The notes under the pieces: generated by a model | Databases searched by the model: none | What the model was told of the DNA's origin: nothing | What the model saw: only the letters and a program-made list of their open reading frames with translations | NCBI GenBank assembly: GCA_044344255.1 | Contig: JBIJDH010000003.1 | Coordinates: 1-64,000, forward strand | DNA from: Myxococcota bacterium | GTDB taxonomy: Bacteria; Myxococcota_A; UBA796; UBA2385 | Length of the DNA stretch: 64,000 bases | Direction: 5' to 3' | Made by a program: the position numbers and the translations under genes | In this document: one piece after another, positions 40,403-49,383 of the stretch | Layout of the letters: every line of letters begins with the position of its first letter | Numbering within the stretch: the stretch's first letter is position 1

Positions 40403-42106
40403 ATGAGCACAGACACCGGCGAGAGCCTCGGAGCCAACCCCCTCGACCACCTGGACGCCGTCGTGGTGGGTCTCGATCAAGAGGGGCGGATCTCCTACAT
40501 CAATGACGCCGCCTTGCAGCTCCTCGGCTGGAGCCGGGCGGAGATCGCGGGGCAGAGCTGGTTCGGCTGCGCGGTGCCCCTGGAGCGCCGCGCGGAGATG
40601 GCGGAGGTCTTCCGCCTGATCATGGAGGGACGGGTCAAGGCGCTCGCCTGGTATCGAAACGACGTGCTGACGAAGAGCGGGGGCCGCGTCCTGTTGAGCT
40701 GGTTCAACCAGCTCACCCGTGATGAGCGGGGCGGCATATCGGGCACGCTGAGCATCGGGAGGGTGCAGGCTGCGGGGCTCGAGGGGCTCGAGGGGCTCGA
40801 GGGGCTGGGTGGCGCGGACGCGAAGGCGGACGGGGAGGCGCACCCCGGCGCCCAGGTGGGCACCGCCGAGGAAGACACGGACGCGCTCCATGTCGCGGTG
40901 CGCCTTCGAACCTCGGAGCTCGTGCGGGTCAACGAGGCGCTCTCCTCTCTCGTCGAGCGGCAGCGCGTCACGGAGGCCAGCCTCGACCTCTACCGGCGCC
41001 TCTTCCAGCGGGTCTCGGTGGGCCTTGTCGTCTTTCGGCTCGTCGATCCGTCGGATTTTGGAAGCTTCGAGCTGGTGGACGCCAACCCGGCGGCCGAACG
41101 GTTGATGGGCCTCTCTCGCACGCGCTTCCTCGGGCGGCCGATGCGGGAGTGGGGTGCGGGCACGGTCTCCTCTGACCGACCGCGCATCTACGCGGAGGTG
41201 CTCCAGAGCGGGATCCCGAAGGCGCTGGGTGAACGGTATGTCCCCGCGGGGAGCCTGGTCGGGCTCGAGGAGGGCAAGTGGCTCTCGAGCCATTGTTTCA
41301 AGTTGGGCGCCGAGCTCGTCGCGCTCAGCTTCGAGGACGTGACCGCCCGTCGTCGCGCCGAGGACCACGTCATCCAGCAGGCCTCCGAGCTGCTGCGCTC
41401 CAACGGGGAGCTGGAGCAGTTCGCGTACGTCGCCTCTCACGACCTCCAGGAGCCGCTCCGAAAGGTCCAAGCCTTCAGTGACCGTCTGTTGGCCTTGTAC
41501 GAGGGTAGCCTGGATGAGCGGGGTCGCGACTACCTCCGACGGATCCAGCGCTCGGCGGCGCGTATGCAGGGCCTCGTGCTCGATCTCCTCACGCTCTCTC
41601 GGGTTCAGACACGGCGACAGTCCGTCGAGAAGGTTGACCTCAACCTCCTCCTGTCGGAGATCTCCGCCGAGCTGATCCCGCTCTCGGACGAGCCCCGGGG
41701 CACGATCACCGTGGGCCCGCTGCCCTCGATCGAAGGAGACCGCACTCAGCTCGTCCAGCTCTTCCAGAACCTGCTGTCGAACGGCCTCAAGTTCTGTAAG
41801 GAAGGGTGGCTTCCGCGGGTGCGGGTCGGGGCCGGGCGGCTTCCGGGGGCCCGCTGGGAGTTCAGCGTGGCCGACGAAGGGGTCGGCTTCGAGGGGCGGC
41901 ACCTGGACCGCATCTTGCAGCCCTTCCAGCGCCTCCACCCTCAAGTGTCGTACCCCGGGACGGGCATCGGCCTCGCGATTGTCCATCGGGTCGTCCAGCG
42001 GCACCACGGGACCATCCGCGTGGTGAGCGCTCCGGGCGAGGGGGCCACCTTCTTCATCACGCTCCCGGACCGACAGCCACAGCCCGGGGAGCCCGAGCTC
42101 CCCTGA
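40403..42106 (+). CDS. Cytoplasmic PAS-PAS sensor histidine kinase
   Basis: Two PAS domains; ELEQFAYVASHDLQEPLR H-box, QNLLSNGLKF, DEGVG, FQRLH, GTGIGLAI. Confidence 0.92.
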   Translation: MSTDTGESLGANPLDHLDAVVVGLDQEGRISYINDAALQLLGWSRAEIAGQSWFGCAVPLERRAEMAEVFRLIMEGRVKALAWYRNDVLTKSGGRVLLSWFNQLTRDERGGISGTLSIGRVQAAGLEGLEGLEGLGGADAKADGEAHPGAQVGTAEEDTDALHVAVRLRTSELVRVNEALSSLVERQRVTEASLDLYRRLFQRVSVGLVVFRLVDPSDFGSFELVDANPAAERLMGLSRTRFLGRPMREWGAGTVSSDRPRIYAEVLQSGIPKALGERYVPAGSLVGLEEGKWLSSHCFKLGAELVALSFEDVTARRRAEDHVIQQASELLRSNGELEQFAYVASHDLQEPLRKVQAFSDRLLALYEGSLDERGRDYLRRIQRSAARMQGLVLDLLTLSRVQTRRQSVEKVDLNLLLSEISAELIPLSDEPRGTITVGPLPSIEGDRTQLVQLFQNLLSNGLKFCKEGWLPRVRVGAGRLPGARWEFSVADEGVGFEGRHLDRILQPFQRLHPQVSYPGTGIGLAIVHRVVQRHHGTIRVVSAPGEGATFFITLPDRQPQPGEPELP

Positions 42107-42169
42107 ACCCCGGCGGGGGTGGCGACGGCGCACGACAACCCCGGGGATGCCCTGTTGACCGGAAAAGTC

Positions 42170-42198
42170 TTGAAATGAAAGGTATATCCGGCCATATT
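42170..42198 (+). promoter_or_regulatory. Putative sigma70 promoter (TTGAAA-17-CATATT) upstream of the HU genes
   Basis: AT-rich island with near-consensus -35 and -10 at 17-bp spacing. Confidence 0.4.
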
Positions 42199-42426
42199 TT
42201 GGCGCATTCTTGGTCCTGCCTTGTCGTAACTGGGGGGCGCCTGCAAAAAGAGTAGAGCCGGTGCCGTTTTCACGCTGCGATCCCCTTCCCCCTTCGCCGA
42301 GGGTGATGATAGGGGGGGCATCCCCGATGCACCTTCCAGGGTGCGGCGCCCCGCCGAGGGGCGGCGTTCATGGTCCCCGAACGACGGCGCAGCGGACGGG
42401 TCCGTCTGAGCCCCCCATTTCGCACT

Positions 42427-42464
42427 TCCACCCGTTTAGAACCTCCACCCGCTTAGAACCTCCA
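42427..42464. repeat. 17-bp direct repeat x2 (TCCACCCGYTTAGAACC) abutting the HU RBS
   Basis: Copies at 42427 and 42444, then TCCAGGAGAG. Confidence 0.85.
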
Positions 42465-42475
42465 GGAGAGTATTG

Positions 42476-42769
42476 ATGAACAAGAAGGAAATGGCTGCCA
42501 AGCTCGCCACCCAGATCGGTGTCTCCCAGGTCAAGGCCATGGAGATCCTGAACACGATCTTCTCGGCCGAGTCCGGCGAGGGCATCTTCGCCGTCGAGCT
42601 CGACGCCGGCCGCAAGGTCACGATCCCCGGCTTCGGCACCTTCGGCACGAAGTCTCGCGCCGCCCGCATCGGGACCAACCCCTCCACCGGCGCCAAGATC
42701 GAGATCACCTCGAAGAAGTACGCGTTCTTCAAGCCCGGCAAGACGCTCAAGGAGCGGGTGGTCAAGTAG
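42476..42769 (+). CDS. hup: HU family DNA-binding protein (copy 1)
   Basis: MNKKEM, V.IPGFGTF, RAARIGTNPSTG.KIEI, FKPGKTLKE; AGGAGA RBS. Confidence 0.95.
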   Translation: MNKKEMAAKLATQIGVSQVKAMEILNTIFSAESGEGIFAVELDAGRKVTIPGFGTFGTKSRAARIGTNPSTGAKIEITSKKYAFFKPGKTLKERVVK

Positions 42770-42902
42770 CGCGCCTTGCGCCGCGATCCCCGCTGCGGGA
42801 TCCGCTGCGGGATCCGCTGCGCCCTGGCGCCGCTCCGACTCGGAATTGTGCTCTGGTCGTCTCCATTTCTCTGAACTGTGTCTTGCATTTACGGAGCGTG
42901 TC

Positions 42903-43196
42903 ATGAACAAGAAGGAACTGGTCGCCAAGCTGGCCAAGAAGACGGGTCTCTCCCAGGTCAAGGCGATGGAGGCGGTCAACGCCATCTTCGGCGCCGAGCC
43001 CGGTGAGGGCATCATCGCCGTGGAGCTCGACGCGGGCCGCAAGGTCCTCATCGCCGGCTTCGGCACCTTCTCCACCCGGTCCCGCGCCGCTCGCACCGGC
43101 ACCAACCCGGCCAACGGCGCCAAGATCGAGATCAGCGCCAAGAACTACGCGCACTTCAAGCCGGGCAAGACCCTGCGCGAGCGCGTCGAGGTCTGA
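42903..43196 (+). CDS. hup: HU family DNA-binding protein (copy 2)
   Basis: MNKKEL, GFGTF, RAARTGTNP.NG.KIEI, FKPGKTLRE. Confidence 0.95.
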   Translation: MNKKELVAKLAKKTGLSQVKAMEAVNAIFGAEPGEGIIAVELDAGRKVLIAGFGTFSTRSRAARTGTNPANGAKIEISAKNYAHFKPGKTLRERVEV

Positions 43197-43246
43197 TCAA
43201 CACCGGTGGATAGATGCTCCCGTCGGGTGCGTGTATCTCCCTTGAA

Positions 43247-43280
43247 GGGCTCCGGGCGTCGCTCGGGGCCCTTGTCAATT
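43247..43280 (+). terminator. Possible intrinsic terminator after the HU genes
   Basis: GGGCTCCGGGC-gtc-GCTCGGGGCCC hairpin followed by a weakly T-rich tail. Confidence 0.4.
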
Positions 43281-43361
43281 CTACAGTTGCCAATTTTCCT
43301 GTCACGCAGCGCAGGTCCGGGTGGGTTCGGAGCGCGGTAGTGGGGGGCAGAGGTCCAGCGA

Positions 43362-44828
43362 ATGATCGGCGCCGTCCTGCTCCTGCTCACCCTCTCGCCT
43401 GCGGCCCGGGCGGGCGACGACGGCGTCACCCTGAGCCTGGCCGGGGGGTACGTCTGGACGGACCCCAACGAGAACCTGGAGTCCACCTGGACCGCGGTCG
43501 GGCGCCTCGGCTACACGCTGAACCGCCGCTGGACCCTCGAGGCCGACACCGGCTACCTGCAGGGCTACACCCGCGCCTGGGGGCACGGGTACGACGCGCT
43601 CACGCCGCGGCTCAACGTGCTGCTCAACCTCACCACGGAGGGGCCGGTCCAGCCCTACATCGCCCTCGGCGGCGGCACCATCTGGAAGAAGGTGCGGCGG
43701 GACGCCAACGTGTACGCCACCCAGGCGAAGGAGGGCGAAGACTGGGGCAACTACAAGAACCCTGACTCTGACTTCCAGATCGACGCCGGCCCCGGCACCC
43801 ACGTGCGCCTCGCCGGCCCGATCTCCCTTCGTGTCGACCTTCGGGCGATGGTCAACCTCGGCAGTGAGCCCCACGGCGACATCCCCGACGACTTCATCAA
43901 CTGGGAGCTCACCGCAGGATTCTGCTTCCGGGACGCCGAGCGCCGCCGCGACACCGACAAGGACGGCATCGTGGACCGCGTCGACGACTGCGTGGATCAG
44001 CCCGAAGACCGCGATGACTTCGAGGACGAGGACGGCTGCCCCGACAACGACAACGACGGCGACGAGATCGAGGACGCCGACGACGACTGTCGGGACGAGC
44101 CCGAAGACCGGGACCACTTCGAGGACAAGGACGGCTGTCCCGAGGAGGACAACGACAAGGACGGTATCCTCGATGAGGAGGACCGCTGCCGGACCGAGGC
44201 CGAGGACAAGGACGGGCACGAGGATCGCGACGGGTGCCCCGACGATGACAATGACGGCGACGGCATCGCCGACCTCGAGGACGGCTGCCCGAACCGCGCC
44301 GAGGACATCGACCAGTGGCGCGACGACGACGGCTGCCCCGACGAGGACAACGACGGCGACCGCGTCGCCGACCGGGTGGACGCCTGCCCGAACGTGCCGG
44401 AGGTCTACAACAAGGTCGATGACGAGGACGGCTGCCCCGACGACATCCCGCCGCCCCCGAAGGAGCTCGAGAAGTTCACCGGGGTCATCCACGGCATCAA
44501 CTTCAAGGTCAACAGCGACGAGATCACGGTCGACTCCTACCGGGTCCTCGATGAGGCCGCGGCGGTCTTCGTGAAGTTCAAGGACGCGCGGGTGGAGATC
44601 CAGGGCCACACCGACTCGGACGGCCAGGACGCCCGCAACCTCGAGCTCTCGGCCCGCCGCGCTCGCTCCGTGGTGACCTACCTCGTGCGCCGCGGGGTCG
44701 ACCCCGATCAGCTCGAGTGGGTCGGTTACGGAGAGACCCGCCCGCTCGTCCCCAACACCACGCAGTCGGCCAAGGCGGTGAACCGCCGGGTCGAGTTCCA
44801 CCTCCTCGACGCGCAGGCGCCCCCCTGA
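43362..44828 (+). CDS. OmpA family outer-membrane protein with thrombospondin type-3 repeats
   Basis: Signal peptide, beta-barrel, D.D.DGI.D..D.CP and EDEDGCP repeats, IQGHTD, LSARRA, NRRVEF. Confidence 0.93.
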   Translation: MIGAVLLLLTLSPAARAGDDGVTLSLAGGYVWTDPNENLESTWTAVGRLGYTLNRRWTLEADTGYLQGYTRAWGHGYDALTPRLNVLLNLTTEGPVQPYIALGGGTIWKKVRRDANVYATQAKEGEDWGNYKNPDSDFQIDAGPGTHVRLAGPISLRVDLRAMVNLGSEPHGDIPDDFINWELTAGFCFRDAERRRDTDKDGIVDRVDDCVDQPEDRDDFEDEDGCPDNDNDGDEIEDADDDCRDEPEDRDHFEDKDGCPEEDNDKDGILDEEDRCRTEAEDKDGHEDRDGCPDDDNDGDGIADLEDGCPNRAEDIDQWRDDDGCPDEDNDGDRVADRVDACPNVPEVYNKVDDEDGCPDDIPPPPKELEKFTGVIHGINFKVNSDEITVDSYRVLDEAAAVFVKFKDARVEIQGHTDSDGQDARNLELSARRARSVVTYLVRRGVDPDQLEWVGYGETRPLVPNTTQSAKAVNRRVEFHLLDAQAPP

Positions 44829-47314
44829 GCGCCCCGTCGAGAGAGGCGCTGCCGATCGACGAGGTGCTGCCTGCGCTCCAGGCCGCGCTCGCGGTCGCCC
44901 CCTGCGCCGTGCTGATCGCGCCGCCTGGCTCTGGCAAGACGAGCCGCGTCCCCGGCGCCCTGCTCGACGGCGGTCTGCTCGGGGCGGGGCGGGTGGTGAT
45001 GCTGCAGCCGCGCCGGGTCGCCGCGCGGCTCGCCGCGCGCCGCATCGCCAGCGAGCGGGGGGTCGAGCTGGGCCAGGAGGTCGGCTACCGCGTGCGCTTC
45101 GAGGACCGCACCAGCCCCCGCACCCGCATCGAGGTCGTCACCGAGGGCGTGCTCACCCGCCGCATCCAGTCCGACCCCTTCCTCGACGGTGTCTCCGCCG
45201 TCATCCTCGACGAGTTCCACGAGCGGCACCTCGAGGGCGACCTCGCGCTCGCCCTCCTCGATCAAGTGCGTCGGGAGGCCCGCCCTGACCTGAAGCTGCT
45301 CGTGATGTCGGCCACGCTCGACCCTGCCCCCCTCGTGCGCTTCCTCGGACGGCGAGGGGAGCCCTGCCCGGTGCTGCGGGCCGAGGGGCGGCGCTACCCG
45401 GTAGAGCTCCTCTACGATCCGCGCCCAGACGAACGATACCTCCCCGAGCGTATCGCCTCGGCCGTGCGGGAGCTGCTGCGATCCAGCGAGGAGGGCCACG
45501 TCCTCGCCTTCCACCCCGGGGTGGGCGAGATCGACCGCGTGGCCGAGCTCCTCGGCGACCTCGCCGAGCGGGGCGTCGCGGTGCTCCCGCTGCACGGGCG
45601 CCTCAGCCTCGATGAGCAGGACCGTGCCCTCCGCCCCTCGGCCGCCCGCAAGGTGGTGCTCTCCACCAACATCGCTGAGAGCTCGGTGACCCTGGCCGGC
45701 GTGGTGGGGGTGGTGGACTGCGGGCTCCACCGCACCACCGTCTTCGATCCCGCCCTCGGCCTCGGCGCGCTGCAGACCCTCCCCATCTCCACCGCCTCGG
45801 CCGACCAGCGAGCCGGGCGCGCAGGCCGCACCGGGCCCGGCCTCTGCCGGCGCCTCTGGACCGCCGGTGAGCAGCGCCAGCGCCCCGCCGCGGACCTCCC
45901 CGAGGTCGCGCGGGCGGACCTCGCCGGCGTCACCCTCGAGCTCCTCGCCTGGGGGGTGTCCGACCTCGGCGCCTTCGGCTGGTACGAGGCCCCCCCGGAG
46001 GCCTCGCTCGAGCGGGCCCGAGCCCTGCTCCGCTCGCTCGGCGCCCTCAGCCTCGACGGCCTGACCGCGCTCGGGCGCGACCTCGCCCCGCTCCCGCTCC
46101 ACCCCCGCCTCGCCCGGGTGGTGGTCGAGGGACACCGTCGGGGCTGCTTGCGGGCCGCCGCCACCGCCGCCGCGCTGACGAGCGAGCGCGACCCTTGGGA
46201 GCGGGCGGGCCTCGCCGCGGACCTCTGCGATCGGGTGGGCTGGGTCGATCGGCGGGGCACCGGGGCCGACCCCCGCGCCCTCCACACCGTGAAGGAGACC
46301 CGCGATCAGCTCGTGCGGGTGGCCCTCTCCGCCCTCGGCCCGGCTCGCCGGGAGGTCGAGGCCTCCGACGAGGCGATCGTGCGCTGCCTGCTCGCCGGCT
46401 TCCCCGATCGGGTGGGCCAGCGGCGCACCGAGGGCGGCGGCCGCTTCCGCCTCGCCGACGGGCGGGGGGCGGCGCTCGGCCCGGGCGTCGAGGTCGGCGC
46501 GGCCCCCCTCCTGCTCGCCGCCGGCCTCGAGGGCTCGAGCCGCGGCCCCGACGCCATCATCCGCCTCGCCGCGGTGGTGGAGGAGGGTTGGCTGCCGGTT
46601 GAGGTTGTCACGACCTGCCTCTTCGACCCCGAGCGCCAGGCGGTGGTCGCCCGCGAGGAGACCCGCTTCGGCGCGCTCCTGCTGCGGGAGCGCCCCTCCC
46701 GAGAGGCCGCCGATCCGGCCGCGGTGGCGGCGCTCCTCGCCGCGGCGGCCCTCGAGCGAGGCGGGGCCCTCGATCTCGAAGGGGAGGGGGGCGCCTTGCT
46801 CGACCGCCTGCGCTTCCTCGCCGGTGCCCTGCCCGAGCTCGGCCTCCCCGACTGGTCGGCCGACCTCCACGAGCTCATCCCCGAGCTCTGCCTCGGTCGG
46901 CGCTCGCTCTCGGAGCTCCGCGGCCTCGATCTCAGCCGAGAGCTGCTCGGCCGGTTGACCTACGCCCAGCGAGAGGCCCTCGACCGCGAGGCCCCCGCGT
47001 CGCTGACGGTGCCGAGCGGCGCCCAGGCCTCCATCGACTACAGCCAGCGGCCGCCCGTGCTCTCGGCGCGGGTGCAGCAGCTCTTCGGCATGAAGGAGAC
47101 GCCGCGGATCGCGCAGGGGCGGGTGGCGTTGATGGTGCACCTCACGGCGCCGAACAACCGGCCGGTGCAGGTCACCCGCGATCTATCGAGCTTCTGGGCG
47201 AACACCTACGCGGAGGTCCGCAAAGACCTGCGGGGGCGATACCCCCGGCACGCCTGGCCGGAGGACCCGACCACCGCCATCCCCGAGAACCGCCCCGCCC
47301 GCAGGCCGCGCTGA
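44825..47314 (+). CDS. hrpB: ATP-dependent helicase HrpB (start approximate)
   Basis: LPIDEVL, APPGSGKT, QPRRVAAR, DEFHER, MSAT, STNIAESS, QRAGRAGR, FW..TY.EVRKDLRGRYPRH.WP. Confidence 0.93.
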   Translation: MSAPSREALPIDEVLPALQAALAVAPCAVLIAPPGSGKTSRVPGALLDGGLLGAGRVVMLQPRRVAARLAARRIASERGVELGQEVGYRVRFEDRTSPRTRIEVVTEGVLTRRIQSDPFLDGVSAVILDEFHERHLEGDLALALLDQVRREARPDLKLLVMSATLDPAPLVRFLGRRGEPCPVLRAEGRRYPVELLYDPRPDERYLPERIASAVRELLRSSEEGHVLAFHPGVGEIDRVAELLGDLAERGVAVLPLHGRLSLDEQDRALRPSAARKVVLSTNIAESSVTLAGVVGVVDCGLHRTTVFDPALGLGALQTLPISTASADQRAGRAGRTGPGLCRRLWTAGEQRQRPAADLPEVARADLAGVTLELLAWGVSDLGAFGWYEAPPEASLERARALLRSLGALSLDGLTALGRDLAPLPLHPRLARVVVEGHRRGCLRAAATAAALTSERDPWERAGLAADLCDRVGWVDRRGTGADPRALHTVKETRDQLVRVALSALGPARREVEASDEAIVRCLLAGFPDRVGQRRTEGGGRFRLADGRGAALGPGVEVGAAPLLLAAGLEGSSRGPDAIIRLAAVVEEGWLPVEVVTTCLFDPERQAVVAREETRFGALLLRERPSREAADPAAVAALLAAAALERGGALDLEGEGGALLDRLRFLAGALPELGLPDWSADLHELIPELCLGRRSLSELRGLDLSRELLGRLTYAQREALDREAPASLTVPSGAQASIDYSQRPPVLSARVQQLFGMKETPRIAQGRVALMVHLTAPNNRPVQVTRDLSSFWANTYAEVRKDLRGRYPRHAWPEDPTTAIPENRPARRPR

Positions 47315-47344
47315 CAGGGGAGGACACTCCAGGTTTGGGCCCAG

Positions 47345-49207
47345 CTATCCGGGGTTTGAGGCCGAACATGCGGCGTCGCCGCAGAAGTGTTCCACGACGC
47401 CAGGGTCTGCCGGGTCGAGGAAGCGGAGGGTCTGCGCCTTCGTGCCCTCGTAGTGCCGCGGCTCGTCGTGGGCGTAGGTCTTCGGGCTCGGGCGGTTGGT
47501 GCCGTCCTGGGGCGCCTTCTCGGGGTCGAACTGGGAGAGGGCGGGGCCCTGGAGGGGGGCTGGCGAGGCCGTCAGGCTGTCGGGCGTGGTGGCCGAGGGG
47601 TCGAGCAGGCGCATCCCGACGCTGCGCGCGAGGAGCTCGGTCGTGAGGTTCGGCACCTGATCGTCGTGGATCGCCTCCTGCCAGAGCAGGCTCCGCCCCT
47701 GGAGCTCGGGGACGAAGCTCGCAGGATCGGCCTCGTCCCAGAAGAGCTGGCTGGCGGCGTACAGGAGCTGGCGGTCATGAGGGGAGGGGACACCTTGGGT
47801 CAGCAGCGCCTCGAAGGTGGGCCAATTGCTCGACCGTTCGAGCATCGTCGACCAGGCCGAGCCGCCGACATGCAGCACGCCGTGCTCGATGCGGTCGTTG
47901 TTGGCCAGCATCACCGCCCCCTCGATGCCGCCGAGGCTGATGCCGTAGTACCAGAGCCGGCTCGGGTCGGCCTTGCCCATGAACAGGTCGTCATCGAGCA
48001 GGTCACCCTCGAGGGCGAGGCGGGAGAGGGCGATGGTGTTGCCCACGCCTTGGCTGAGCTTGTCGGTGAGCTCGGGGATCCGCCCGAAGTCATCGCCGAC
48101 GGCGATGGCGGTGGGGGTGTCCTTGTAGGTGAGGCCCCGCCAGGTGGTGGCGAGGATGATGGCCCCGGCCCGGTTGGCGAGCTCGACGAGGGCGGCCGAG
48201 TCCTCGTCATTGACGTAACGATCGGGCTCTCCGAAGATGCCGTGGCCGAAGAGCCAGACGGGGACGGTGCCCGGCTCGGCCTCGCGCACCGCGTCGGGGA
48301 GGTAGGCGTAGAGCTCAACCTCGGCCGGCTCGGACAGGCGGGGGAGCCCCTCGGCGTCGAGGGAGAAGGAGACGTCACCCTCGAGCCAGTTGTCGGCGGT
48401 GAAGCGGCCCTCAGCCCGCCGCCAGACCCCGGGCGGCAGGGTGTCGCCCGCGTCGGTGTCCTGGACGGTCCGCCAGGCCCAGGTGGTGGGGGTGGAGACG
48501 GTGGCGGCGATCTCCCGGGTGGGGGTGGCGCCCTCGCCGATCGGGAAGTCGACCGCAACGGCGATGTTGTTGACGCCGAGCGACTGGAGCGCCTCGCTCA
48601 GGTCCTGGTAGTGCTCGTTCCGGCCCTCGAGCCCGGTGATGAGGTCGCCCGAGAGCATGGCGTCGAACCAGAGGGGGGGCTGGAGCTCAGCGCCGGTGGT
48701 CGTGCGGGCCGCGCTGGTGACGACGACCGAGACGGTGTGCCCGACGGTCATCACCTCGAGCGGGCGGACGATGAGCGTGGGCACCTCGGTGTTGTCGGGC
48801 CAGGCGTCGACCTCGGCGAAGCAGCGGAGGCGGGTCCCGGTGGTCAGGTCCCAGAGCTGGACGCTGTCCGGCTCGCCGCCCCCGTCGAGGCCGGGGAGGG
48901 AGGCGGGATCGAGGGGCTCGTCGGTCTCGAAGACGGTGGTCTGGACCACGCTGAAGCCCCGCCGCCACTGGAGCCGCTCGACCGGGAAGGGGGTGCCGCC
49001 CTCGGCCTGGGGGAGGGCGTCCTCGGGGATCGCGAGGTGGCCGCCCTCATCGACGAGCTCGGCGCTGGGGAAGGCCATGCCGAGGCGCCGCTCGCCCACG
49101 GGCGCTGGGCTGGGCTCGGACTTGTCCCCCGCGCAGGCGACGAGCGCGCCCGCGGTGACGAGGGCGGCGGCGATCTGTGAGCGCTGGGAGAGCTGGGAGA
49201 TCGGCAT
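47345..49207 (-). CDS. Lipoprotein with a C-terminal alpha/beta-hydrolase-like domain
   Basis: Lipobox LVAC; FGHGIFG, YYGISLGG nucleophile elbow, DDQVPN, late His (AHDEP). Confidence 0.75.
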   Translation of the reverse strand: MPISQLSQRSQIAAALVTAGALVACAGDKSEPSPAPVGERRLGMAFPSAELVDEGGHLAIPEDALPQAEGGTPFPVERLQWRRGFSVVQTTVFETDEPLDPASLPGLDGGGEPDSVQLWDLTTGTRLRCFAEVDAWPDNTEVPTLIVRPLEVMTVGHTVSVVVTSAARTTTGAELQPPLWFDAMLSGDLITGLEGRNEHYQDLSEALQSLGVNNIAVAVDFPIGEGATPTREIAATVSTPTTWAWRTVQDTDAGDTLPPGVWRRAEGRFTADNWLEGDVSFSLDAEGLPRLSEPAEVELYAYLPDAVREAEPGTVPVWLFGHGIFGEPDRYVNDEDSAALVELANRAGAIILATTWRGLTYKDTPTAIAVGDDFGRIPELTDKLSQGVGNTIALSRLALEGDLLDDDLFMGKADPSRLWYYGISLGGIEGAVMLANNDRIEHGVLHVGGSAWSTMLERSSNWPTFEALLTQGVPSPHDRQLLYAASQLFWDEADPASFVPELQGRSLLWQEAIHDDQVPNLTTELLARSVGMRLLDPSATTPDSLTASPAPLQGPALSQFDPEKAPQDGTNRPSPKTYAHDEPRHYEGTKAQTLRFLDPADPGVVEHFCGDAACSASNPG

Positions 49208-49300
49208 CGCTGGCCCTCTGGGTGCGGGGGCTCCTAACGGCGGCCGGGCTCGACCGCCCCCGGTCGGCCCTCCGCGGAGGGGGGATGGGCGGTTACCGGC

Positions 49301-49372
49301 AGTGGGCTGAGTGGGCTGAGCGGGCTGAGTGGGCTGAGTGGGCTGAGTGGGCTGAGTGGGCTGAGTGGGCGG
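49301..49372. repeat. 9-bp tandem repeat x8 (AGTGGGCTG) just upstream of the ALDH start
   Basis: Read directly; the last copy runs into the GGAGG RBS. Confidence 0.95.
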
Positions 49373-49383
49373 AGGGTGCAGCG

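Noticed and set aside
42789..42820. CCGCTGCGGGAT repeats between the HU genes as a REP or mobile element
   Set aside because: Only about 2.5 local copies, not seen elsewhere in the window; at most a hairpin or slippage
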